Below, in pieces: positions 1-12,690 of a DNA stretch of 64,000 nt (within the stretch, counting starts at the first letter, position 1; the number at the start of each line of letters is the position of its first letter). Below the pieces are notes generated by a model. It searched no databases. It was not told where the DNA came from and saw nothing but the letters and a program-made list of their open reading frames with translations. A program made the translations under genes and the position numbers. Source of the stretch: Pocillopora damicornis (lineage: Eukaryota); the NCBI RefSeq assembly GCF_003704095.1, contig NW_020847063.1, positions 62,001-126,000 on the forward strand, read 5' to 3'.

Positions 1-289
1 TGGTGCCTATTTCCATTATAGTGTCACCTTATTTAGGAACCAGCCATTTTTTTTGCTTTTTGAAGACCTGGAGCTCATACTTTGAAGCGACACGAATATC
101 AAATAATGTTCATACACCATGTCTTTTTAGTCGCTCTATAGTGTAAATACAGCATTAGTTTTAAATCGTTATGTGTGACGTTCCTTTCCAAACTGTATGG
201 CCTTATTGAGCCTCAATGAGGCGGCCACTTCAAGTATTTCGAGAAGCTTTATTTAAAAGTCCCCCATATCAGTCATGTTAAGGTGCTTA

Positions 290-510
290 CACTGTTAAGG
301 AGACGATTTCTATTGGTGACGATTCTCCGGAAATTACGAGCGGTAATTTTGCAGGACTTGAATGTGGCGATTTCACGACTTAAAAGTGGCAATCATATGA
401 AGAGGGTATTAAGGTAGCACCTTTGAAAAGAACTTAACAGTGATGATAAATCGTTTAAGAACTTTAAAATCCCGAATTTCTGGGAGTGGCAATTCCAAGG
501 AATTCTAAAA
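290..510 (+). repeat. Degenerate ~24-bp tandem repeat, copy A
   Basis: Recurrent aaggaacttaaaagtggcaattct-like units; homologous to 2165-2375. Confidence 0.55.
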
Positions 511-2164
511 TGGTTAATTAAGGTTTTAATAACGGTTATTATGATAATTAAGTTCGGATGTAACACGCGTTGTTATTGGTTGAAAGAGCGTGTTTCACTT
601 GGGTTGAAAACACGCAGCTGAGCTAAAACTGTCACGCCACCTGCCAATTTGTGCAACGTCATTTCTCGGACTTCTCTTAAACTTAATTTCGTTAATCGAA
701 AATGTAATTTTGGAATAAGCTGGCCGACAAGTAGCAACAGAAGAACAAAATAAACGTTAGTAAAAATGTCAAGCGCAGCAACTGACGTTGTTATACCGTG
801 AGCAAAGACGAACAACTCCAAAGAGAAAACGAAATAGACTGTCCGAGTTTTGAAGGTTTTCACACTCAATTGGATTGTAAGCTTACGTATAGTGTCAAGA
901 CTCAAACACAGCTTACACTCGTATAGTACACATAGGTTAGTGATTGCTTCTCGGAAGCTGCTTTTGTAGGTACTTCATCCTTCAGAAAATTGCTTCCTGA
1001 GACGTCAATGAGAGCCTCAGTGTATTGCAGTATATCGTCATTAAATGATAATAAGGAGTTCGAAAGAGGATATTGCAGGCTTGATATGAACTATGATTCC
1101 TGCTCTACAATACCAACTAGATATATTAGCAAAGAGTAAGGTATCAGCACTACATTTAAGCAAGTCTGTTCAACTTTTCAAGACCTTGGTTTGAAAGAAT
1201 GGGCGTAGGGTACTGCGAACTTGTGTAATAAGCTCTTTCGCAGGAAAGAGAGCTGTCTTTTACTTTTGTAGAAACTACCATGATATAACTGATATGGGAA
1301 ACCTCCGAAAGAGCATCTTAGAGTGACCACTCGGTGGAGCAGTTAATAAATGTGTCGAGCAGTATAATTATAAAATGCTGAGTTGAAGTGAAAAAATATC
1401 CATTTGTGATGTGCATATTTGGGATTCGCGAGATTGTATCCGTAAATTAAAAAATAAAGGCCAAATTGATCGACAGTCAATATCTCTCGTGATAATCATG
1501 ATCTTAAAAAAAAGTTTGTATACACGATTTTAATTGTTTACCTTCAAATCCTGCCCCGTTGTAATGTGTATTTGCAATTTTCTTTAGATTTGGACTAAAT
1601 ATACAATTGTTAGTACATAGCTTTTCTAGCACAGCGGTAACATTTCTTCATATTTCCAGACCAAATTAATTTTAATTTTTAGTGTCGCATTGTGACGCGC
1701 CCTGGTCTATTAAAAACTTTTTTAGGCAGACATCAAGTCATGTCATTGACAACCGGAAAAGTTCCGACTGATAATAATAGATCAGAGCCCAGTTCTATAA
1801 ATGGCGGATAACGCAATCCAACGGACAGTTATGTTTTTTTTACCGGAGTTGCATTAGCATCGGTTGCAAGCATACTCTTCACGCATTTGAGAATTTTCGT
1901 TCGTTTTTCGTTTGTTGATTTACGTCATGAAAAGTGCCTATTGGGATTCACTTTATGCAAGAATAAGTCGTTGTTTTTCTCTTTTTAAAAATGTTGAAAT
2001 CATCCCATTTAGCGTCTAAGCGACGAACTGTCAGGAAATGTCCACACTATACTACTATGGAAATATCATGTTCGTTTTTTAATTGTCAGGTGTAAGGTTC
2101 CGTTCTAATTTTGTCTCAATGAGTCCAAGTCCCTCATATAAACGACATTAAAGAACTAAAAAGT

Positions 2165-2375
2165 AATAGGCGACGATTCTAAGGTGCTTAGAAGTGGTAA
2201 TTTTAAGGGAATTGAAAGTGGCAATTCCAAGACTGAAAAGACGCAATTAAAGGGTACTTTACAGTAACGTTTTGAAGGACTTTTGGGAGGCAATTTTAAT
2301 GAGATGGTGTTTAATTTGTAGGAACTTTAAAGTCCCGAACTCTCAAGGAACTCTCAAGTCGCAATTCTAAGGGCA
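2165..2375 (+). repeat. Degenerate ~24-bp tandem repeat, copy B
   Basis: aaggtgcttagaagtggtaatttt/aagggaattgaaagtggcaattcc; shares gaactttaaa.tcccgaa with copy A. Confidence 0.55.
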
Positions 2376-2507
2376 TGATGGCCGGGATCTATCATCACTG
2401 ATAATTTAATATTTATTTAGTCACATAGGATAATTTAAAGACCAGAGCTCCATACATATATTGTCCGTAGGCGGGTAGCCCACTCGGTTAGCCAAACATG
2501 CATGCAT

Positions 2508-2576
2508 CATACAGACATACATACATACATACATAAATACATACATACATACATACATACATACATACATACATAC
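2508..2576. repeat. (CATA)n microsatellite
   Basis: About 17 units with 2 substitutions. Confidence 0.95.
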
Positions 2577-4318
2577 TTATACTTTATCTATGCTCGAAAT
2601 TCACAATGTAGCTGTAGAGCTAACATCTTCAAGAAAATAAGCTAAAATAAAATAAAATATGCTATATTGCAATTCCAATATTATTTATAAATTATATACA
2701 ACATTATGCATGCAGAGGGAAACAGAGCACAGGATTGGCTCCGTATTGTCCATAGGCGCTGCCAGCGATATAATTAGGGAATTTCTTTTCCAGAGCGTTG
2801 AAGAAAGTGGCCCCACTTTTTTCTCGAGACGTTAAGTACTTGTAAGATTCTCATGTTTGTGTCGAGGCTTGCAACAGTGCGTGGAATGTAAAAGATCGCA
2901 TGACACACTAGACATGATATTACAGGAACAAGTGCCCACCATCTTCTGAATTTTAATGGCTGAGAATGGCCTTATAAAAATAGATTGTTTCTATAACAAG
3001 CTGAAAATTTCCATCGTTGAAAGCAGCAAAAAGGTTACTGTTTAAGGCTCTAGAATGAGTCAAACGCAGTGATCAGTTCTTGCCAGAGATACGGAAGTTT
3101 AGACGGTTGACGAAGATAAGATTGATCGCTAAGTGCAACAGTAGTTATGGCATTTCTTACAAATGCAACAACGGATAGAAAAATATTGAAAGTTGATATA
3201 ACTATTAACTCTGTGTGTATATTCTCTGTTCAGCCTTCCACGCAATTGGGTAAATATTTCGTTGCGGTCTCTGACATTTTTAGATATGCCGGTTTACTTG
3301 TGCTGCATGGGTGTATATTTTAAAGTACAGAAAAGCTTGTAAATATTGCCTGGTACTCCACTGGGTTATATTGAAATAAACAAATTTTTTTAATTCATTT
3401 GGACCTTGCATCCTTAAAATTGCTTTCCAGTAGATTATGCGAAAACACTATGGTCTGCTGATCTAACATCCTGAGTGTCAAAATAGTCTACCTTACGGCA
3501 TTTTTTAATCAAAATTTTAATCGTTTCTGAAAATCCCAAGTGACTACGCATAAAGGTTTGAGGAGACTCGATATTTACCTAATAAACTCCGTCTCGCTGT
3601 ATTCAAAGCGTTCTTAAAAAGGAAACATTTGTTTCTTTGAAGTCGAAGGCTTTTCAAAGGTGTGTTGACTTAAGGGGTTGAAGTTTGACACGGTGAGCGC
3701 GGTATTGAAAACGCCTTTGTTTAGTTAATGCTATGGGGAAATCCCTTTACCAACCTTCACGTGCGTTATTCACGTTAAAATAGACGGCATTCTTTGAAAA
3801 AAGAAAAGACTCTGGTTGTTAACTTCAAAACCCCTCGTCAAACAAGCAGTTTAAGCAAAGAAAGAGGTAACATTTCACGGTCTCAACCAGACGTTAGCAG
3901 TCTCAGAGTCTCTCAATTAATTTTTGCGATTCTTAGAAAAAATCACGCTTCTTAGGTTTGGTTAAGTCATATTTATCATATCAAAGAACAAAATCCTGTA
4001 GTTAAGAAAAAAGTATCGAGGATTTTTTAACCAGAAGCCACTATCAGGTGCCATAAATGTATGGGATGTTCGTTTTCATTTAGAAGACATGACAACTAAG
4101 AAAGGACCACTGGAATAATTTTAAGAGTTCGATTCATATTTACCGCAGGCGGAAGGATCTGAAATAATCTAAAATTCTAGGCTTAGTCGACTAATAAGAG
4201 ACCAACCGTTGTGTTTTAATTTTTTTTCAAGTCAAGTTTCACCCACAGCTTAATTTTCTATAATTAGTAGAAAGCTTTTGTAGCCTGCTCATGGTCTAGC
4301 TGTAAACTGACTATGTAG

Positions 4319-5263
4319 CTAATTCCTTGGACAGCAAAGTGTTCCTCTGGTAGGCTCCTTTACTGCTCGTGTCACCTCGTTAATTTTCCAGTAATAAAGG
4401 AACGGGTTGAGTGACGAGTTTAAGTAAACTAGGGATATTGCACCTGCCCAGACTGCTAAGCTTAATGAAGTGAGTCCATTATCAGTTAAAACTGTTACTG
4501 CAATGCTATAGGGTAGATAGGAAACAACTAATGCCAAGTGTACCCACAGTGCACTGTAGACTGCCTTTCTGTATCGCAACATGTTCAATGGAACTGGTTG
4601 GCTCGGCTTTTGTTGAACGTGAGCTTTCATTTGATTCTGTCTATGGCGAAGAGTACGGAATACCTTTGTGTATGAGATCGTTGATGTCGCTAAACATACC
4701 GGCAGAAAGATACAATTATACCAGATGCCTATACGGTATGACACTATGTATGATATCCCAGCGACTATCGACACAACCCAGAAGATGACTATAATAACGT
4801 ATGTTCGCTTCAAAGTTACAACATGTCTGTATCTGAAACTCAACAACAGGGCGAAAAGTCTGTCCACGCTTATTGCAGTCATTTTTAACAGAGAGACTGA
4901 AGACAGAGGAAGGCTTGCGAAATAATGTGCAGCTAACGCGTAACGACAAAGAGTCCAATTCTCATGAATCAGGGAGAGCCAATAAACAACTTGAAAAGGC
5001 TCAGCAATAAGGCCAGTGAGGAGATCAGTTGCTGCCAGACAACGATACAAGAGTTTGGAAGGCGAATGTAGGGACGATTCCTTGTGAAGGGCGACAAGGA
5101 TCAGAGTATTCCCAAGAAACGCAACAACTGAAAAAAAGATATTGAGTACTGAGAAAAATATCAAATAATTATGTGTTTGCTCTTTCCCTAATGCCGCGCA
5201 GATCAGGCCTTCATGTGGTGAGGCTTGTTTTCCTGCAATTTTAGATAGGTTTACTTGTTCCAT
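4319..5263 (-). CDS. Class A orphan GPCR (melanocortin/adenosine-receptor-like), copy 1, single coding exon, 314 aa
   Basis: 7 hydrophobic segments; GN (TM1), LAATD (TM2), SVDR (TM3), W (TM4), YLPY (TM6), NSSLNPFLY (TM7). The first ATG at 5263 aligns with the paralog starts; the ORF-track start is a TTG. Confidence 0.93.
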   Translation of the reverse strand: MEQVNLSKIAGKQASPHEGLICAALGKEQTHNYLIFFSVLNIFFSVVAFLGNTLILVALHKESSLHSPSKLLYRCLAATDLLTGLIAEPFQVVYWLSLIHENWTLCRYALAAHYFASLPLSSVSLLKMTAISVDRLFALLLSFRYRHVVTLKRTYVIIVIFWVVSIVAGISYIVSYRIGIWYNCIFLPVCLATSTISYTKVFRTLRHRQNQMKAHVQQKPSQPVPLNMLRYRKAVYSALWVHLALVVSYLPYSIAVTVLTDNGLTSLSLAVWAGAISLVYLNSSLNPFLYYWKINEVTRAVKEPTRGTLCCPRN

Positions 5264-6172
5264 TATTCCTTCCACGTAGCTGTTACTCACTTCAACCAAC
5301 AGGGAACTCGTTAGAATCCAGCAGGATCGCTTCAGTTTTTTACCATGAATTTAAAAATCAACGTTTCTTTCATCTCTGACAAAAGCTAAACAGCTGCTTA
5401 TCACATTATAAATATGTCAAAAGTGACTTTAAATTATTTACCAAATTCCTGGAAAATTAAACAAGTAGAGATTTGGTTGAGTTTTAATTTTTAAGAAATT
5501 AGCATAAAAAAGAGATGCTGAACTTATAAAACCAACAGCGTAAATTTGTCTCCAAGGATAATATGACTTTAAATGGATCCTATTAGATTTTTGAGCTTTA
5601 TCGAAAGGTTCCGTATTTTTTGGCATTGCTTTTATTCCTATGAAAACATGAAAAAAGATACTTTTCTTAATTTGAAAAAATTATACCTAGAAATTGAATA
5701 AGATTCCCTCATTATCATTTGTGCAATCTTCGCACAACTGAGCAATCTGTACACAGTTTCACGGGTTGCTACTGTTTCCTAGACAACCAGTCTGCCAGCT
5801 GAATTTACACTATTAGCGACTTTTCCAGTTGATCATTTTTTTTTATTAATGCAATTTTTTTTAAACAAATTACACCTGAAAACATCAAAAAATATAATAA
5901 GTAGCTCTGCTTAAGGCCATAATCCTATGATTAACCTTCTCGAGTCCAGTTTTTTGTTGTCTCTACAAGTTACTGTTTTGCGCCGCAGTTTCAACATTAT
6001 TACACAAGTTCCAAAGAAACATAAATAGAAACGGTGAATGTTGGCAGGTTGTTGTTTTTTTTATATTTCAGAGCAAACACATTTTTTTCATGTTGATTCA
6101 TGGCGTAATTGCGAAATGAACAGGACAATGAACTGGGTTAGATATAAAGAAACTCGTGATTATCAGATGAAC

Positions 6173-6890
6173 TAGCATGCAGAGCAAACGTAATTTTTAA
6201 GCGAGCGAGTGCTCAGTATTTTCGTAAAGAAAATATGGCTGCCATCTTTGAAATTAATGGCAGCGGAAGGCTGTGGAAAGAAAGAAATTTATACCAAGGG
6301 GACGGTCGACGGTCAAAAATAAGGAGAGGGGAGGGGGTGAGGTGGGGTAGCGAAGAATACGCCTGCCCGAGGTCATTGTTTTTTTGCGAAACTCTGTTCG
6401 CCCACGAAAGGAGTTTCTGATTAGTGCGGTTAAGCTCCAGTTGTCAATCGCAAGCCAAATGTGTCCTTTGGACAGTTTGCTTTTACGGCAAAATGCAGAA
6501 GATGGCAAACTCATTAAAACTAGTTAGTGTCTTTTAGAATTTGATGTGTCTCACGCAAAAAGAACAAAAAGAAGCAATTTCTATACCGGTTTCTGGAAAG
6601 GATCTTCTGGCCGTGTTTCCAACTGGTTTTGGAAAAAGCCCGATAGTTCAGGTGTTAATTCGTATGAAAGAAATTATGGCAGGGAAACCTTCGAACGTAG
6701 TTGTCGTTTGTCCGCTGCTACGTATTGTTTATGGGCAAATGGAATAAGCATCTTAGATCGGATTAACGGTAGCTACGCTCATGGATTGTCGTTTGGAGGA
6801 TATATAGTCCGGCAAATATCAACTCGTATTTACATCAGCGGAGAACGTTTCGGTGAAGCCATTTTTTTCGTTGATGAAGAAAAAGAAAAC
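6173..6890 (+). mobile_element. Degenerate Academ(H)-like DNA transposon fragment with RecQ-type helicase remnant
   Basis: TAGCATGC start at 6173. Frame from 6541 reads EQKEAI..GKDLLAVFPTGFGKS..VVVVCPL..Q..I*SGKYQLVFTSAE (SF2 motifs 0, I, Ia, Ib) with three in-frame stops. Confidence 0.65.
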
Positions 6891-9103
6891 AATCACACCG
6901 TTTTTCTCATCTCTAAGTATTTTTCCTAAGTAGTGACAGACTTTTAGGTTTCTAAAAACAGAAGATCTATCCTGATTACAGTATTATCAAAAGTATGATA
7001 AGAGATTTAAAATTTGGAATTCAGTTTGGTAAAATTTGGCCACCTTCTTTTGCAAAAAAAAAATATAAACTCATGTCTTCGTATTATGTGAGGAAAAATT
7101 TGTTCCAAGGACTACATAGGACAATTTATTTTCAGTTGATGAACTTTACATTGATACTCTGATTAATCGTCATTAGCAACCAATTCTTAACAGTGAGCCC
7201 GAAAAAAAGGGAGGATCTGCCGTCATCCATACATGTAAGTATGTTCAAGAGCCTGACCTCCTCTTGGTTTCATAGGTGAAAATCTTATAAAGTACACTTC
7301 AATCGATGAATTTCCACGTGATGTAAATCTCAACGAGTCATTCGATCTTACGTCTAAAAAAAATAGTGATGATAATTGGGTCTAGTGAAGCGTTTTGGTA
7401 AACTAAGGTCAGTGCACATTCATAAACGGTTTGCCTTCACCAAAACGTAGTTCCGCTTTCCTGTGCGATAGATAGCAAACGACTAATGCAACCAACAATT
7501 TATGTGTACTATACAAAAGAGTATCTAAGGACTTGCTGACTATGAAGCATGGTTGGAGCTAAACTGAGCTGAGCTTTTTTTTTCATGAAAACTTGTAGAC
7601 TTTATCAGACATCAAACTCCTATGATATTATGATTTGCTAAATCTGTTATGGTTGAAATGTATTAATTTGGATCTTAGAGGTTTGAGTAGATCCCCTTTG
7701 GTTGTTAACCTAAATCTTGAGGATTAACTTACATATTTAAAAGATATGTATTGATACCAATAGTAAGCTCTTAATGCGCTCTTTGCACCGAGACATACTA
7801 AATTATATCAAGCAGAAATTGTTGCTGTATTTTTTCATACAGACCAAGATAGTTTAACGACAAAACCATCCACTACAGGAACATATATAGACTGCTTCTT
7901 ACAGAAGTTATACAAACCCACAACGAGATCAGTGGAAAATACATGAATCAATGGAGAACAAGAATGGATCAATTATATGAACGGCGCCAGAGTTTTGTTG
8001 AGAATTAAGAATATCAGTCGTTAGACAACATAACAAGAGGCCTTTCTGAGGCTGCAATATACTCTATCATTCAGCAGTCCACTTATATTCATCACGCACG
8101 AGCCACCGCTATTCAATAACACCGTTAATTTTGTTAAAAAGTTTTCAACTTATTGGTTCAAAAAAGTACATTAGCCTGCCAGAGTTTAATCTGTGCATCA
8201 CCTGGACTCATCAAGAAAAATATGAAAAATTAGCTCATATTTGCTTTCCTTTTTGACATTCGCGAATGAAGATCCTGAAATATTCGTTTTTCGGACACTT
8301 CGTCCTTGATCAGTTTGATTAAAAGTTTGCATTTGGAATAAATATTTGTCATCCAATTTTAATTTGCTCTCTAAGGTTTTTTTTTCAGGCGCAACTAATT
8401 AAATCATTTATGGTAGGTATTCGATGAAAGTCTGTCTGGTTATGAAATTACACATTTATCGAAATAATTACTCAGTGAGATGTTTGAAGAGTGGGTCGGA
8501 AAATGAGTGGATAATTTCAATTCAAAACACAATATTGATGAAACAGATGTTAACAATGTTTGACACGGATCGATGACCTCCCTGTACCATATACTGGTTA
8601 TTCTCTTTGGTTCATAACAAAATTACCATTATTAGTTTCATGCAAAAGAAAACCTTTTCACATTGCGATGCGAAGAAAAAGCGGAAGTAACCTTCGTTGG
8701 TGTAACTGACAGTTTGGATGCACAGTTTAACGGCAAGAAGAATTAACAGTACAATGAACAAAATTAAATTTTGGCGCAGAAAAACGAAGTTTGTCGCAAA
8801 AGGAAAAAAAAAAACATTTTAAACCCAAACATTTTGAACCCTGCGATAAGAGTTGATTTCTATGAATTAATTGACATTCTCCTTACTCAAAGGACAAAAT
8901 GTTGTGCTTCAATATCGGAACTTTCTAATTTTGCCCTATTGTGATTCCATCGTGCTTCCTAATCCTACTTTAAGGTCGTATGGGTTAAATTGCCTGGTTG
9001 CTGTTTGTAATTCTATCAAAAACGATAGTTTTAATCAACTTAAGGCCTAATATTTGATAGTTTGGTTTCTCCAGAGGAAAAACCTCCGTTACCTGCCACG
9101 AGA

Positions 9104-10048
9104 CTAAACGGAAATACACCGAAATGTTTGTCTGAGTGTCTCTTTTACTGCTCGCCTCACCTCATTAATCTTCCAACAGTAAAGTAACGGGTTCAGGGAC
9201 GAATTAAGATAAAACATGCTCTCTGCACATGATAAGAGTATAAAGTCATATGGGGATAGTCTGTCGTAAGGTACAACTACTGCTACTATGCTATATGGCA
9301 GAGAGCAGCATACGAATGCTACTTGAACCCAAAGTGCACTGTACACTGCGTTTCTGTAAAGTGCCATGTTCAGTGAAACTGGTTGGCTCGGCTGTTGTGA
9401 AATAAGAATTTGTACTTGATTACGGCTGCGATGGAGACGGTGGAATATTTTTGTGTATGAGAAAGTTGCTGTTATTAAACACAGTGGGATAAGAGTATAG
9501 CCATAGGAGACGGATATACGGTAATCCACAAAGTAGGCTGCTCCAGCGGCCACAGATAAAATCCAAAAGATGGCTATAACAACATATGTTCGCTTCAAAG
9601 TTACAATCTGTCTGTATCTGAGCCCAAGCACCAAGGCGAGGAGTCTGTCCACACTTATTGCGGTCATTGTTAAAATAGACACTGAGCAAATGGTATGGCT
9701 TGCTATAAAGTAAGCGCTCAGCCCAAACTTGCAGAGCTTCCAATCTCTGCTAACAAAAGACAGCCAATAAGCAACAGAAGAAGGCTCTGAAATCAAAGCG
9801 ATACAGAGATCAGTTGTTGCGAGACAACGATACAGGAGTTTGGATGGCGGATGAAGAGAAGATTCCTTCCGCAAGGCGACCAGGATGAGGGTATTTCCAA
9901 GAAATGCCATAGAGCAAAGAAAAATATTAATCGTTGCGATCAATATCAACTGCTTGTGTATGTTGTCATTCTTTCCCGCTACGCATCGCAGTTGTGCAAG
10001 TGTTTCGGTTTGTTTTCCGGCATCTTTAGATAAACTTTCTTGTGCCAT
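9104..10048 (-). CDS. Class A orphan GPCR, copy 2, 314 aa
   Basis: Same motifs (GNTLIL, LATTD, ISVDRL, CSLPY, NSSLNPLLY); ATG of MAQESLS at 10048. Confidence 0.93.
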   Translation of the reverse strand: MAQESLSKDAGKQTETLAQLRCVAGKNDNIHKQLILIATINIFLCSMAFLGNTLILVALRKESSLHPPSKLLYRCLATTDLCIALISEPSSVAYWLSFVSRDWKLCKFGLSAYFIASHTICSVSILTMTAISVDRLLALVLGLRYRQIVTLKRTYVVIAIFWILSVAAGAAYFVDYRISVSYGYTLIPLCLITATFSYTKIFHRLHRSRNQVQILISQQPSQPVSLNMALYRNAVYSALWVQVAFVCCSLPYSIVAVVVPYDRLSPYDFILLSCAESMFYLNSSLNPLLYCWKINEVRRAVKETLRQTFRCISV

Positions 10049-11739
10049 TATTCCCAATCCTAAAGGAGCGTTTACTTCACGGCAGCTTTTAAGTATACTC
10101 GATGGTTGTGAAATATATTTGCATTTCAAAGTATTTTCCAATAAAACCGAAACAGCTGGCTATCATAGTATAAAGCATGGGCGCCAATTGATTTATAAAC
10201 AAAACTGCTCATAAGATTTTGTTTAGATTCCCTGATTATTCCATGGCTGTCATAACGGGAGAGTAATTTGTCATGAAAAGATAACTTTGCAACCAGAAAA
10301 TATCTATATCTCGGCCTTTTCTCGTGTACCTTATTACAATATACCTTACGTAAATACTAACCGATCCATCAATCAATCAGGCAAGCAATAATTCACTTAT
10401 TCATTCATTCAATCAACTAGTTTAACGCACCAGTCTCTGTCTCAGAGAAACTCCGCACCACTACGGAAGGACATACATAATACAATCGAAAATTGTCCAT
10501 CTTATCTTCGTCTTTCGCATTTTTCCTAGCAAAAGATGAAATAGAGGTGCATGTAATTGATATTCTCAGTGAACAAGAGGCCTCAGTGTTCTCTTCTATT
10601 TGGTACTATACATATATATATATTCAACGCACGTAGTCGTATGTTCTAAACACCACTGGCAAATTCCTTCTGGAAAAAGTTTAAACTAATGTGTTTCAAA
10701 GAGTACTTTAGTTTGCCAGAGTTCAAGCCTGTACATCATCTGGGCTCACTGAGGAGAATACGAGCAATAAATTCATACTTGCTTTACTTCTCAACATTTG
10801 CGACTAAGGCTCCTCAGAAATTTTTTTTCGGACACTGTCTTTTAATCAGTTTGATTAAAAGTTTGCACTTTTGGGATAAATATTTTCATTCAATTGTAAT
10901 TTGTTTTCTAAGCTTTGTTTTCACAACTAATGAAAACATCTATGGTAGATCTCTGCTGCAAGTCTATAAGGCTATAAGATTTGACATTGCTCGAACTCAG
11001 AACCTCTTGTTCGAAGAGCTGGTCGGACAATTTGATGAGAATTTTACTGAATTTAAAAAAACCCTTTAATATGTTAGATGTTAAGAACTGAATGCCAGTA
11101 ACTCGGCTTGGTAACCTCTTTATGTAATACACCTGTTCTTTCCCTTTTTGTTCGGAAAAAAAATTAATTTTCGTGTTTTCGTGAGATTAATTTAAGTGTG
11201 GCAGGTACTCAACCTGTAATTTACTCGGTTTCTAGAATACAAATAAAACTAAATTGCACTAAAGCTAACATACGATTATTAGTTTTATGTAAAAGGAAAA
11301 AAAAATTACACACTGCGATGCAAAGGAAAAGGGGAAAAGGACCTACATTTATGTACTTTACAGTTTGGATGCGCAGGCGAATGGCGAGCGGAATTAAAAA
11401 TACAATAACCTTAATTAAAATTTTGGCGCGGAGGAACGAAATTTGGTGCAAATATAAGGGTTGGCTTCCATGATTTAATTAACATCCTCGTTATTTAAAG
11501 GACAAAATGTTGTTCTAAGTATTTCAAACTCGGTTCTTTCATATAACAGAGAACATAGAACAATCTTCTCTTCCGTTATGGTGATTCCCTGTTCTTTATA
11601 ATCCTTCTTGGAGGTCATTTGGATTCAATTAGGCTCAGTACTGATCGAAATCGACAACAAATAATATTTTTAACCAGCTAATGGCCTAATATTTCATATT
11701 TGGTTTTTACAGAGACAACTTTCGTATCCTGTCTAGAGA

Positions 11740-12690
11740 CTAAACCCAAAGACAGCGAAGTGTTTGTCTGAGTGTCTCCTTTACTGCTTGCCTCACCTCA
11801 TTAATCTTCCAACAGTAAAGTAACGGGTTAAGGGACGAATTAAGATAAACTAAGCTCTCTGCACATGACAAGAGTATAAAGTCATTCGAAGATAGTCTGT
11901 CGTAAGGCACTACTACTGCTACTATGCTATATGGCAGAGAGCAACAGACGAATGAAACCTGAACCCAAAGTGCACTATACACGGCTTTTCTGTAAAGTGC
12001 CATGTTCAGTGGAAGTGGTTGGCCTGGCTGTTGTGGAACAAGAATTTGTACTTCATTGCGGCTTCGATGGAGACGGTGAAATATTTTTGTGTATGAGAAA
12101 GTTGCTGTTATTAGACACAGTGGTATAAGAGTATAGCCATAGGACACGGATATACGGTAATCCACAAAGTACGCTACTCCAGCGGCCATCGATAATATCC
12201 AGAAGATGGCTATAACGCCACAAGTTCGCTTCAAAGTTACAATCTGTTTGTATCTGAGCCCAAGCACCAAGGCGAGGAGTCTGTCCACACTTATTGCGGT
12301 CATTGTTAACAGAGAGACTGAGCAAAGGGTATGGCCTGCTATAAAATATGCGCCAAGCCCAAGCTTGCAGAGACTCCAATCTTCGCTAACAAAAGACAGC
12401 CAATAGGCAACAGAAGAAGGCTCCGAAATCAAACCAACGCAAAGATCAGTTGTTGCAAGACAACGATACAGCAATTTGGACGGCGGATGAAGGGAAGATT
12501 CCTTCCGTAAGGCGACCAGGATGATAGCATTCCCGAGAAATGCCATAGAGCAGAGGAAAATATTAGCCGTTGCGATTGATATCAACTGCTTGTGTATGTC
12601 GTCATTTTTCCCTGCTTTGCATCGCACTTGTGCAAGTGTTTCGGTTACATTTTGCTTTTCAGCATATTTAGATAAGCTTTCTTGTGCCAT
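11740..12690 (-). CDS. Class A orphan GPCR, copy 3, 316 aa (close duplicate of copy 2)
   Basis: Intact 7TM ORF, highly similar to 9104-10048 including flanking DNA. Confidence 0.93.
   Translation of the reverse strand: MAQESLSKYAEKQNVTETLAQVRCKAGKNDDIHKQLISIATANIFLCSMAFLGNAIILVALRKESSLHPPSKLLYRCLATTDLCVGLISEPSSVAYWLSFVSEDWSLCKLGLGAYFIAGHTLCSVSLLTMTAISVDRLLALVLGLRYKQIVTLKRTCGVIAIFWILSMAAGVAYFVDYRISVSYGYTLIPLCLITATFSYTKIFHRLHRSRNEVQILVPQQPGQPLPLNMALYRKAVYSALWVQVSFVCCSLPYSIVAVVVPYDRLSSNDFILLSCAESLVYLNSSLNPLLYCWKINEVRQAVKETLRQTLRCLWV

Noticed and set aside
573-905. 110-aa hydrophobic ORF
   Set aside because: Non-ATG start, no recognisable motif and no splice support.
2580-3200. Possible LINE 3' remnant next to the microsatellite (similar hint at 32950-33400)
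   Set aside because: Only faint peptide hints; no reverse-transcriptase motif can be shown.
5264-5299. N-terminal extensions in the ORF track (also copies 2, 4, 5, 6 and MTRR)
   Set aside because: They start at TTG/GTG; in a eukaryote the aligned ATG is the credible start.
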